From the NCBI RefSeq assembly GCF_006345805.1, contig NC_043007.1, positions 35,774,001-35,838,000 of the forward strand: a DNA stretch of 64,000 nucleotides, in the 5' to 3' direction. Position numbers and translations under genes: made by a program. This document shows positions 51,700 through 64,000 of the stretch, piece by piece. The notes below the pieces were generated by a model that saw only the letters and a list, made by a program, of their open reading frames with translations, was not told the DNA's origin and did not search any database. Origin of the DNA: Octopus sinensis. Its lineage: Eukaryota. Every line of letters begins with the position of its first letter. Position 1 is the stretch's first letter.

Positions 51700-54600
51700 A
51701 TAATAATAATAATAGTTTCAAATTTTGGCACAGGGCCAGCAGGTTTGGAGGAGGGGTTAATAAAGGGGAGGGGCTAAATAGACTCCAGTGTTCAACTGGT
51801 ACTTATTTTATTGAACCCGAAAGGATGAAAGGCAAAGTCAACCTCGGTGGAATTTGAACCCAGAATGTAAAGTTGGACAAAATGCTGCTAAGCATTTATG
51901 CCTGGTATGCTAATAATTCAGCCAGCTCGCTGCCTTAATAATAATAATAATAATAATAATAGTAGTAGTTTCCACTTTAGGCACAAAGCCAGCAGTTCTG
52001 AAGGGAGGGAGTCAGTTATTTATATCAAATCCAGTTTTAGATGGATACTATATTTTATTGATCCTGAAGGGTATGAAAGGTGGTGTTGAACTAGGTGGAA
52101 TTTGAACTCAAAACACAAGGAACCAGAAGAATTACTACAAGTTTTTTTGAGTCCTTTTTTTTGTGTGTGTGTTTGTGGGTGTTTGATACTTTAATGATTT
52201 TGCCAATCTGCTGTCCTAAATAATTGTTTCTAACATAGGCACATGGCCTGAAATTTGGGAGAAGGGGTTAGCTGGGATTAGCATCCCAATTCTTGACGAG
52301 TAGTTGATTTTATCAAGCATATAAAAGAATGAAAGTCAAGGCTGACCTCAGCAGGAATTGAACACAAAATGTAAAGAGCCAAAACAAATACTGCAAACCA
52401 ATGTTTCCAACAATGAAATGAGTCTGCCCATCCCCCATCTAACTAATGACAATGTTTCTAATTTAGACACAAGTCCAGCAGTTTTGAAGTGAAGGGTTAA
52501 TACATATTATCAAGCCCCATATTTTTATTGACCCTGAGGGGAAAAAAGTGAGGTAGACCTAAATGGGATTTGATCTTTGAATGTAACAACAACAGTCCCA
52601 ATAATAATTCTTTCTGTTATAGGCACAAGACCAGAAATTTGGAGGTAGGAGGTAAGACAATTACATTGACCCCAGTGCTCAACAGGTATATGTTTTATTG
52701 ACCCTGGGGGGTGGATGGCAAAATCAACCTCAGCCGAATTTGAACTTAGAACGTAAAGACAGATGAAATGCCATTAAGCATTTTGTCTGGTATGCTAATG
52801 ATCCTGCAGCACAACGCCTCAATAATAATAATAATAATTGATATGAGATCACCATGTCGCGCACATATGGTTGTGATGCATGTGCCTAGTGTACCCTTAT
52901 CAGACAGGCAGTCATGATGGGTATACTTGGCTTCGTATATTTTACCCTAGTGTCACTTTGATGGCACACACTGCTCTCTCACTCAATAATAATAATAATA
53001 GTAGTTCATTCTAATTTTGGCACAAGACCCAGAGTTTTGAGAGGAGGGTGCAAGTCAGTTACATCAACCCCAGTGCATGACTGGTACTGTATTTTATCAA
53101 CTCCAAAAAACATGAAAGGCAAAGTTGATCACAATGGGATTTGAACTCAGACAGAAAAGAACCAGAAGAAATGCTGCTAAACATTTGGCAGAATGAATCC
53201 AAATGTTGTAATTCATACACACACTAATATCTCCAGCCCAACCATTTTAGAATAATGGTAAGCACAAGACCAATAAGGATGAAAAGCAATGTTGACTTAG
53301 GTGGGATCTGAACTCAGAAACGTAAAGAACAGTAACCAAATACTACATTGCATTTTATCTGGTACTCTGATGATAATAATGACGGTGATGCCAATTTTTA
53401 ACTTAGGTACAGGGCCACAATATGGGTGGAAAAACAGATGAGAAAAATGCCTCCAGTTCTTGACAGCTGCTTTATTTCTAACTGACCACCACTCCAGAAG
53501 AATGAATCTCAAATTCAACTTCACCAGGATTTGAACCAAAATGTAAAAGAGGATTTATCTGGTGTTCTACCAATTCTGGCGTAACATTCATTTCTTGCTA
53601 ACATAACCACAAAGCTACAAATTAATAAATTATTAAATTGACCCAGTATGTTATTTCTACTTTCTTCATCGAACCAGGACGGATGGAACTTCAGGTCGAT
53701 CCCAACAGGATTTGAATAAAGATCAGGAAAACAAATGGTACGAGACACTTTGCCTTATGTTTCACCAATTCTGCCCTTCCAGCACTCCATATCCACTGAA
53801 ACTCTAATAATAATACATAAGCATAATTATTTCTACACTGAGCACAAAGCCTTGAAAATTTTGGGGGGAAAAGGGGGCTAGTCGATTACATCGACCCCAG
53901 TGCATAACTGGTACTTATTTCATTGACCATGAAAGGACGAAAGGCAAAGTCAACCGTGGCGAAATTTGAACTCAGAACATAGTGGCAGATGAAGTACCAC
54001 AAAGCATTTTGCCCGGCATGCTAACGATCCTGCCAGCTCTCCGCCCTCATATATATATATATATATATATGAGTCAGCTCATCAACCTAATATATAAGCA
54101 CAATGCCACAAGGTTGCAGTCACTTTAAATGGCCTCAGTATATTACCAGTATATTCTTCAATGTCCTCAGAAGGATGGAAGGCAATGTCAACTCTCTTCC
54201 CCACCTCCTTGACTGAATTTCATTGCAGAACTTAAAATGGTATTTCATTTGATACTCCATCAACTTTAACACTTTACTGACCTCTCACACTCTAATGATA
54301 ATAATAATTCTTATGCACAAGGCTTTAGATTTGGGGTGAGGGAATAGCAAGTTACATCCACCCCAATAAGCACTCGTATTTTTATTTTGCCCTGCCCCCA
54401 AGATGAAAGGTAAATTTGATATCAATGGAATTTGAACTCAGAACACAGATAGATGTAATTAATACAATGCAGCTTGTTTTCTCTGCTACTGAATCAAAGA
54501 ATAATGGTTTCTAACATAGATAGAGGTTACAAAATGGGAAAGAATAATTAGATGATTGAATCAACCCAAATATTTCACTGGTACTTCATTTTATAAAATA

Positions 54601-55543
54601 CAGAACAATGACAAGCAAAGTTGAGTTTGGTGGAATTTGAACTTGGAATGAGAAAAAGCTAGATCAAATGCCGTAGGGCATTACATTTGGCACCCTAACG
54701 AGTCTCCCTGTCCACTATCATAATAACAGTGTTTAATTTAGGTACAAGGCTAGACATTTTGAAGGGATGAAATTAAGGAACACTTTTGACTCTAGTACCG
54801 AACAGATACTTTATTTTTATTGACCCTAGAGGAATGTTGATGTTGGTAAGATTTGGATTCAGCAACAGAATAAAGAACAGAAATATATTCCACAAGGTAT
54901 TTCGTCCAACCATCTTCCAATTCTGCCAATCCCTGGTTTTCATTTCAAATTTAGACACAAAACCAGCAATTTGAAGGAAGAGAGCAGTTGATTACATTGA
55001 CAGACTCTTATAATAATTGTACTGTATCATATCAACCCTAGAGGAATAAAAAAAATGAAGTCTAACTCAGTGGGGTTTGAACTCAGAATATAAAGAATCA
55101 GAAGAAATATCACAGTGCATTCTTTATGACACTAATGATTCTACCAATCCCCCACCCTAAGCCTAAGAATAATTGTTTCTGATTTTGGTACAAGGCCAGC
55201 AATTCTAAGAGGAAGGAGTTAATCAATACCACCAAGTCCAGTACTTAACTATTTTCTCAATCCCAGAAGCAAAGTTGACATCAGTGCTGCTTAAACTCAG
55301 AAAAGAGCAGAAGCATCAATAATAATAATAATAATAATAATGATGATGATGATAATGATGATGATTTTGGCACAAGGCCAATAAGTTCAGGAGAGGGAAG
55401 GGCAATTGGTATTTATTTTATGGACCCCGAAAGGATGAAAGGCAAACTCGACCTCAGCAGAATTTGAACCCAGAACATGAAGATGGACAAAATGCCGCTA
55501 ACATGCCTGGCATGCTAAGAATTCTGCCAGCTCATCACCTTAT

Positions 55544-55575
<32 letters not shown>

Positions 55576-57035
55576 CTTTCTAATTTTGGTACAAGGCTAG
55601 CAATTTTGAGACGAGGGGGCAAGTTGATTACATCAACCACCCCCAGTATTTGATTGGTTTCTTATTTTATCAAACTTGAGAGGATGAAAGGCAAAGTTGA
55701 CCTCGGCAGTATTTGAGCTCAGAATTTAGGTACAGAGCCAGCAGTTTTGAGAGAAGTTGAATTACACCGATCCTTAGTAGTTGACTCTTATCAATTTTAT
55801 CAAAGCTGAAAGGAAAAAAAAGGTTAAGTTAAACTGTGGTGGGATTTTAACCCAGATATAAAAAGCTGGAATATCACAAGTTATTTTATCTGGTGCTCTA
55901 ATGATTCTGCTAGTCTACCACCGTATACGATGATGATGATGATCATCATCATCATCATAATAACACAAAGAAGAAAAAGAAAAATTTCTTAACACTAAGA
56001 GGCTATTTCTGCATATTTTTTTAAGGGAGAAGGGTTTCGATGTTATGCAAATATTTGCACATGTGCACATTCACACACACAAAAACAAAAGATACTACAA
56101 CAACTAATAATAATAATAATAATAAAATTAATAATAATAATTGTTTGAAATTTTTAGCACAAGGTCGGCAATTTTGAAAGGAGGGGCAAGTCATTTACAC
56201 TGACCCTGGCATTTGACTGGTAATTTATTTTATTGGCCCTGAAACGATGGAAGGCAAAGTCGACCTCAGCAGGGTTTGAACCCAAAATGTAAAGAGCCAA
56301 AAGAAATGCTACTAAGCATTTTGTGTGACACACTAACAATTCTGCTTAAATAATGATGATGATGATAATAATAATAATAATAATAATTCTTTCTACTGTA
56401 GGCCACAAAGCCTGACATTTTTGGGGAGGGAAGGGGGGCAAGTTGATTACATTGATTCCAGTGTATAACTGGAGCTTATTTTATTGACCCCAAAAGGATG
56501 AAAGGCAAGGTAGAATTTGAACCCAAAACATGAAGCTGGAAGAAATGCTAAGCATTTTGTCCCAAGTGTTAATGATTCTGCCAGCCCACTGCCCAATAAT
56601 AATAATAATAATGATAATACTTTCTCCATTAGGCACAGAGCCTGAAATCTTTTTTGCAGGGTGGGGAAGCTAGTTGATTTTATTGAGACTGAAAGGATGA
56701 AAGGCAAAGTTGACCTCGGTGGAATTTGAACTCAAAACATAAAGCCAGAAGGAATGCTAATAAGAATTCTGTCCGGCACGCTAATGATTCTGTCAGCCTT
56801 GCCATCTTAATAATCCTTCCTACTAAAGCCAAAAGGCCGGAAATTTTTGGGGAGGAGACAAGTCAATATCATTGACCCCAGTGTTTCACTGGTGCTTAAT
56901 TTATCGACCCCGAAAGGATGAAAGGTAAAGTCGACCTCGGCGGAATTTGAACTCAGAATGTAAAGGCAAATGAAATGCCGCTAAGCATTTCATCTGGCAT
57001 GCTTACGATTCTGCTGTGTTGCCACCTTAATAATC
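51700..57035 (-). repeat. Head-to-tail array of diverged SINE-family-2-like units separated by (AAT)n
   Basis: Recurring ggcacaaggcc...gaccccgaaaggatgaaaggcaaagt.gacctc...gaatttgaactcagaa...gattctgcc unit of ~200-270 bp, roughly twenty times in the same orientation. Confidence 0.8.
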
Positions 57036-57834
57036 ATAATAATAATAATAATAATAAAAAAGAAAACAAAAAACAAAATAAGCAAAAAAATGTTATCAAA
57101 ATATCGGAACTTTTCATTTCATTTCTTTCTTTCTTTCATGCCCCCTAAAAACAAAAACAAAAAAGCAATAAATCGTGTAAAAACATTAAATAGATATTAA
57201 TGTTCTGTTGTTTTGTCAAAATAAAAATTCAAAAAAAGAAGACATTTTGTTTTGTTTCTTTTTAAATCAGCAGAAATATTTTTTTCCTTAAAAATCAAGG
57301 AAAAAAAAAAGTCGTCCAACTGTTCCAATTTGGTTCCTTTACCATTCTTTTTTTTATAAGGAGGATAGGTTGGGATGGTGACAGTGTAGGGCTCAATATT
57401 TTTATTTATTTATTTATTTATTTTTTTAAGGATTTTAATGTATATTGCAAACTGAAGAGGATTCACCATACCGTGAGACTTAGCTGTTACTGCAGGGGGA
57501 AAGAGGGACAAGAAGAGGGGTCTGAGTAAAGGAGAGAGAGAAAGAGAGAGACAAAGAGGGAAAGAAAGGAAAAATGAATTAGGTGGGAAGTTGGAGGTGG
57601 AAGGAAAGGAAAAAAACAAGAAAAATTAAAATAAATTACAAGTAAAAAACAATGAATTAATTTCTTGTGCACCACCGAGAGAACAGAGGGGACAAGTTTG
57701 CTTTTAGCTTCATTTTTTTTCTTTCCTGTTTCCATTATTGTCATTTTTTTTTTCTTTAATTCTTGTGTATTGTACTGACCAAATTTTAGAATATTTTTTT
57801 TAATTATTTTTTTGTTCAATGGATTAATTCATTT

Positions 57835-57945
57835 TTAATCACCCAAACTCTTCCACGCATAGACGCCAACACTGATAAGAACACCGGCTATTAAAACACC
57901 AAAGGCTTGCCTCTTTGGGGTGCCAAAATATTCCACGATGGCTTC
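57835..57945 (-). CDS. BAX: Bax-like protein, terminal exon with transmembrane anchor
   Basis: EAIVEYFGTPKRQAFGVLIAGVLISVGVYAWKSLGD*; YFGTP motif as in Bax, then a hydrophobic tail. Confidence 0.92.
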   Translation of the reverse strand, partial: EAIVEYFGTPKRQAFGVLIAGVLISVGVYAWKSLGD

Positions 57946-58539
57946 CTGTAAATACAAAGAAAATGTAAAATAATTACTGGTTTCAAATTTTGGCAACGAG
58001 GCCAGCAATTTTTGGGAGAGGGACTAAATTGTTAATTAATTAACCCCAGTGCTCAACTGATACTTATTTTATCAACCCTGAAAGAATGAAAGGTAATGTT
58101 GACCTTTGTGGAATTGGAACCCAGAACATAAAATCAGATGAAATGCTGTTAAGCATTTTGCCTTAACAATAATAATAAATAACAAGAACACTCAGATAGC
58201 GCAAGCCTCCACCAAGGCAACACTAACATCCTCTCAACGATTAGCCAGAGATGATTTTTAAAATGAGAATATCTGAAATAAACTCGACTGCTCTCACAAA
58301 TGAGAATACTAAAAATGAACCCAACTGCTCTTAAAAATTAAGTAAAAAAAAACAGGAAAAATAATTCAGAGTCCTTGTCCGGAACCAGATTGATCCCAAA
58401 ATCTAATTAGCTCATGCCAGTCATTAGGTCAAACATCCCTGAAAGTTTCATCTGAATCCATCCAGTGGTTCTTGAGATATCTTGTTCACGGACAAACAAA
58501 CAAACAAGGCAGAGGTAATAATAATATTAGTAATGATTT

Positions 58540-59000
58540 CATTTATTCGCCACCAGGGTGAAGGATGAAGGGGACAATACAAAGACAGACATAAAGTGTG
58601 GAGGTTTACATATAATGGAATGATAAAATAAGGAGTATACATGATAAACATTAGAAGGGAAGTATACTTAGTATATGACACTAGAAAAAAAGGATCGTGA
58701 TGAGGAATTCCCTTGATTCAGGAGGACCTCTAGGGATAATTAAAGAACCCCACCATCCAAGATCACTCTGAATACCAAGTACGGGAGCCCTCTCCATCTC
58801 CTTTCTTCTGACTCACAACTCTACACTTAGAGTGGTACCATCCACTCTTGCTATTTGTGTAACTTTCACCCACCTTTTCATAAATTCATTCAAGGGTTGC
58901 ACCTCACTCTCCTTTTCAAGTGAAACTTGAAAAAGTCGATGAGAGCTTTACCAAAGAGGAATGTTTCTGTCCTCATTCCTTTCAGCCAGGTTCCATGTAA
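58540..59000 (-). mobile_element. Probable 3' end fragment of a LINE (L1/Tx1-like); similar tail on + at ~17600-17680
   Basis: Shared tail tctgtctttgtattgtcc...ccctggtggc.aataaa followed by (ATT)n; residual LFGKALIDFFKFHLKRRVR on the - strand. Confidence 0.45.
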
Positions 59001-60405
59001 TGAAATAGTAAATTGGGCATGCACAATAGTATTTTAAGGGCCCCTGAAAATTTTTTACTTAGATGTATGTATTGGTATGTATTGCCAAGAAACAGCTAAG
59101 GTCTCCCCACCTCTAACATCTAAGTAAAATTTTTTCAGCATGAAGACAGGGGTCCATTAAGACTCATTTCTCATATCGTCTATTCATCAGTCCTATAGGC
59201 TATCACAGTGAACTTTCAAGAGTGAGTGTCCTTGAGCACTCCTATATGTTGGTAATCTAGTTCTATAGCAGAATTAGAAAAGAAATTCCAGGCATGGCAA
59301 CTAAATCTAGAATTAAGGGGCTTAAGGTAAACTCAAAGTGCTAGGAAGGAGGAAAGGAAACAGAACCCTGGTGTAGTCAAGGAAACTGCCTTGCTCAAAA
59401 TGCAGAAAAGTTCTGTACCCATTGGACAGGTAAGAAATTTAGTGGAATCACAGGCAGGCTAACAGAGAAGGTGTTTTGCCTGTGGCAGATGCACTGGAGC
59501 AATATGTACCGTGAACACATTAGAAATAGATTCTCTTAACCCTTTAACATTCAGATTACTCTGCCAAATGTAATGCTTATTTATACAGACTGTTTTGAGA
59601 GGACGTTACCAGCGCCGCTGGACTGGCTCCTGTGCAGGTGGTACATAAAAAGCACCATCTGAGTGTGGCCGTTGCCAGTATCACCTGACTGGCCCTCGTG
59701 CCGGTGGCATTTAAAAGCACCCACTACACTCTCGGAGTGGTTGGCGTTAGGAAGGGCATCCAGCTGTAGAAACTCTGCCAGATCAGACTGGAGTCTGGTG
59801 CAGCCATCTGGTTTGCCAGACCTCAGTCAAATCGTCCAACCCATGCTACCATGGAAAGCGGACGTTAAACGATGATGATGATGATGATGATCTCATAACT
59901 GTGAGATTTCAAATGACATGATTGTTTATTTTTAGAATGACATTGTAGGGTAGTAATGAGAGGGATGATGTGGTTAACTTGAAAATAAAACAGGTAGAAT
60001 ATTTGGCCCTGATACAGCTGGAGTAAATACTGGCAGACAGACTAGATGTAGTTAATAGCTTCTATTACCTATGTGACTTTAGTAGCAGGAGAGTTGCTTG
60101 TTTATAAACTGCTGAAGCCAGGGTAAGAACAGGTTGGGAAAAGTTAATTACTGGCAACAAAGGTCTTTTACTTCATAGTAATGTATGATGTTTGTGTTAG
60201 AACAGTGATACTGTAAGGTAGCAAGTCATGGGCCTTGAATGCAGAAAATTAGCAAAGACTTCTAGAGGACAACTGCCACATAACGGAATGCCAAGCACTG
60301 CGAGTTAGTGGAATCTGCAGAAGAGGGAGACCATGGAAGACATCAGGGAACTAATTATCTCTCCCCAATTGAATTTTACCAAAAAATTCTAAAATATTTA
60401 CTCAC

Positions 60406-60504
60406 CCATCCACCTCGAGATAGAATCCAATCAGCAAGATTGTCTACTATAAAATTAATAACTAAGTTGATGATGGCTCGGATTAAAGGAATCCGGTCCA
60501 ATGC
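60406..60504 (-). CDS. BAX: Bax-like protein, helix 6 and BH2 exon
   Basis: ALDRIPLIRAIINLVINFIVDNLADWILSRGGW: BH2 WIxxxGGW with the conserved intron after GGW. Confidence 0.92.
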
Positions 60505-60790
60505 CTGAAATATATAAAAAGAAAAAAAGGTTTTAACATTCAGCATGGGAAACAAAGAAAAAGCACATAACAAAAACAATCCTTTCTACTATAGGCACAA
60601 AGTCTGAAATTTTGGGGAGAATGGGGCTAGTTGGCTACAACAATCCCTATTTAATTTATCAACCCCCCAAAAGGATAAAAGGCAAAGTTGACTTCCAAGC
60701 AATTTGAATTCAGAACATAACTGACCCTCTGCCAAATGGAGCAAGGTTTAAAGCAAAAAGAAAAAAAACTATAAAGCAGTTAACTATAAA

Positions 60791-60873
60791 GTGTTAACAA
60801 CAAACAAGATGAGGACAAATATCCGTCGGATGTAAATAAAGTACATAATTCCTCATCTCTTAAACATAGAACT
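60791..60873 (+). mobile_element. Solo ~80-bp tail of the hammerhead SINE inserted in a Bax intron
   Basis: Near-identical to 44115-44197; flanked by direct repeat aactataaagcagtt (60767-60781 and 60870-60884). Confidence 0.85.
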
Positions 60874-60896
60874 ATAAAGCAGTTGTTAGAACTCAC

Positions 60897-61029
60897 CTTG
60901 ATGGCCATTTTGTAGGCAAAGTAAAAGAACCGAACCACTATATCCCAAGTAAGGTTTACAGAGACAATAGCACTGGCAACATTGAGAAATGTATTGGGAA
61001 TATCTTCAGGCTCTATCCTTGATACCAAA
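60897..61029 (-). CDS. BAX: Bax-like Bcl-2 family protein, BH1-region exon
   Basis: LVSRIEPEDIPNTFLNVASAIVSVNLTWDIVVRFFYFAYKMAIK; cag/gtgagt on - strand; FYFAxK matches Bax helix 5. Confidence 0.85.
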
Positions 61030-63756
61030 CTGTAAGAGAATAATGGAAAATCGAGATTAAATCAGACATCAGAAAATGCATTCCTTAACATAATCATCAT
61101 CATTTAATGTCCACTTTTCCATACTTGCATGGGACACACAGAAATTATGAAGCAGATTTTTGTACTACTGCTGGATGCCTCTCCTGTCACCAACACTCAA
61201 CCAGTTCCAAGTAAGATTATATTTTTTTCATAGCTAAACATGTTTTTTCATGTAAGACTGGAAGGAACATCACTTATATGACAGCAATGCTTATTTGCTA
61301 CCATCACATAATGTCAAAATCAGGGCACACACACACATTGTCAAACATATACTGGCATTCATTGATATTATATACTTCAACAAGGATTGTCTTCTGGTTC
61401 TTAGATCTAAAGAACACCTTTTAGAACACACTTAGATCTAAGAACACCTGGTTTTTAGATCTAAATGCGAAGCAGGTTTTCATTTACATCAGCTAGATCA
61501 GTAGTTCCCAAACTTTTGCAGGCTGCTGCCCCCTTGGCATCAATGACACATTCCTAGATACCCCTTCACCCCCACTCACTGCAAATATAAGACCACTTTC
61601 TGCAGCAAATTCAAAACAACTGTATTTCACAAATAAAACTGGATCTTTACCTTTTTGTAATTTTATTCAGCTGAAATACACGTCATTGATTGGTTGAAAT
61701 TACCGAAATACGAGAACTTTAACATGAAATAACTTTGTGAATATAAGTTTTTCTCAAAAATGCTAACAGTAAAAGATATTTTATATGCCACATTCTACCA
61801 GTGTCCGAAGTTTGAAAGTGCTTAGTTACAAAAAATTATTTTTTAAATCTGTAGGTCAAAAGGTAAAGATCCATAAAACTTAAACCTAATTAACCTATCA
61901 AAATATATATATATATTTTACATCTATCACCCCATCTTGGCTGCCCCATTATCATCCTACTTTTCTTCAATGTCCCCCCTGGATCTTTCCACTGCCCCCA
62001 AGGGGGCAGTACAGCCCATTTTGGAAACCACTGAGCTAGATGAACAGTACAGAAGTATAATAAGAAGAGACTTAGTGTAAAGACATCCCCTTGCTTCACA
62101 CTACTTTTGACCTCAAATGACAGTGATGCTGACCCATTTGATAACAATGAACTTTACGCTGTCATGAAGAGAGCAAATGATAGCGAGGAAATTCTTCAGA
62201 GATATGATTCATGAATTCAGTGTGATGATTCCTCACCCATGGGTGTCTCTCTATGGGAACCTGAGCTGATCAAGGGAAAGAATACAGGTGACAAATAAAG
62301 AAATAACTTTCAGATATGGACGTTTGCTGCAGATTACTATTTACTCTGTAGTAATGCCATTTTGGAAGTCTTCAGCGCACACGTGCAGAGCTGGATTTCT
62401 TCCGGGACGCCGCTGGAAGTTCCCTTATGCGCATGCTCAGAGAACTAGCAACAGCAAGATTTCCCACTGTATCGATCTCTCTCGAAGCGGACACCGAATT
62501 GAATGGATGTGTTATCATAGCTCTCCCAAGAAAGCCAACATGTAGCGAAGCTACACTATGCTGGAGCGAAACAGGATTTGGTTCACACCATTTAACGACA
62601 GTGACTAGCTCCCAATGGCTACCGGTTCGACCTGAAGGAAATGTGCCGGTGGCACGTAAGAAACACCCACTACACTCACGGAGTGGTTGGTGTTAGGAAG
62701 GGCATCCAGCTGTAGAAACACTGCCAAATCAGACTTGAGCCTGGTGCAGTCTCCATGGCTTACCAGACCCCGGTCGAACGGTCCAACCCATGCTAGCATG
62801 GAAAACAGACGTTAAATGATGATGATGATATATTATTGCGAATCCAGAAAAAATTAATATTATTTATGCTGTTGAAGATATTCGAAGTCTTGGTTTTCCT
62901 TCGACAAATAATTCAATGTAACGGGATGAGACCTGCACCCCTCAAGCGTTCCAGACCTTTCATCCTTGTTACAACTCTAATGAAGAAAAAGGAAAAAAAA
63001 GTGAAAGGCCAAAAGGAGGGGATAAACAACAGCAAAAATGTGTAATGGGGAGCATCAACCTGAAAACAATAATGAAGACAGGAGCAAAGAAAAAGGTGAA
63101 TTGAAATTCACTATCCTACATAGGAATAACCAGTGCCTTATTAACACAATGACATATTTTTGCAGTAAGTACTGTAGTACTGTGCTTGGAAGTACAAATC
63201 AATGAAAAACAATTAGGTTCACACTATAAGAGATAATTCATGCAGAAAATGTTAATTAGCACCTTTTATTGCACCAGACAGTAGTGCAAACGATGGCAGG
63301 TGGGTAGAGACATGGATGGGGTGACAAATGACCTGACAAATGATTTCTCGCTCATATGTGGGTGAGAATCCTAAATGTTTTCCATATATTTTCTTCCTTT
63401 TTTTTTATTGTTTACAGTATATCTTGTTTCAGTTTTAATCTTATCTTTTATCTTTTACTTGTTTCAGTCATTTGACTGCGGCCATGCTGGGACATCGCCT
63501 TGAAAAGTTCAGTCGAACAAATTAACCTTGTTATTTTTAAGCCTCTTTTACTCTTTTACTTGTTTCAGTGATTTTGACTGTGGCCATGCTGGAGCACCAC
63601 CTTTAGTCGAGCACATCGACCCCAGGACTTATTCTTTGGAAGCCTAGTACTTATTCTATCAGTCTCTTTTGCCGAACCGTAAGCACACCAGCATTGCTCG
63701 ACAGCCGATGTTGGGGGGACAAACACAGACACACAAACATATACATGCACACATAC

Positions 63757-63798
<42 letters not shown>

Positions 63799-64000
63799 GA
63801 CAGGCTTCTTTCAGTTTCCGTCTACTACATCCACTCACAAGGCTTTGGTCGGCCCAAGGCTTTTGTAGAAGACACTTACCCAAGGTGCCACGCAGTGGGA
63901 CTGAACCCGGAACCATGTAGTTCATAAGCAAGCTACTTACCACACAGCCACTCCTACGCCTAGCAATTATTCTATTGGTCTTTTTTGCTGAGCCACTAAA

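Noticed and set aside
51700-57035. CRISPR-like repeat-spacer array
   Set aside because: Eukaryotic context; units are long, diverged SINE copies with no constant short repeat or cas genes.
62150-62600. GC-richer segment as a possible further Bax exon
   Set aside because: No BH3-like translation or compatible splice sites found by eye; upstream Bax exons probably lie beyond the window.

Overview
AT-rich, microsatellite-dense eukaryotic DNA whose SINE and repeat content looks like an octopus/coleoid cephalopod (inferred from recalled repeat families, not verified). Two host genes converge tail-to-tail. One is a + strand FGD5/6-like RhoGEF (Pro/Ser-rich N-terminus, DH, PH, FYVE, PH; 20 GT-AG coding exons traced from 1014 to the stop at 36373). 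The other is the last three coding exons of a - strand Bax-like gene (61029 to 57835) with an unusual BH1 motif. Mobile DNA includes a full-length mariner with TIRs and TA TSD, an RTE-type LINE 3' half, a decayed Penelope-like (PLE) GIY-YIG endonuclease, TTAA-flanked MITEs, non-autonomous Helitrons and several tRNA SINE families. The most striking signal is a set of unrelated short elements carrying minimal type I hammerhead ribozyme folds with palindromic stem III, mostly next to (TA)n tracts and often with inverted duplications. One of them is a tRNA-headed SINE with a hammerhead (43887-44200). An ~80-bp piece of the same element is inserted separately at 60791 and begins at the predicted self-cleavage site. 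All structures were read by eye and coordinates of repeats are approximate.
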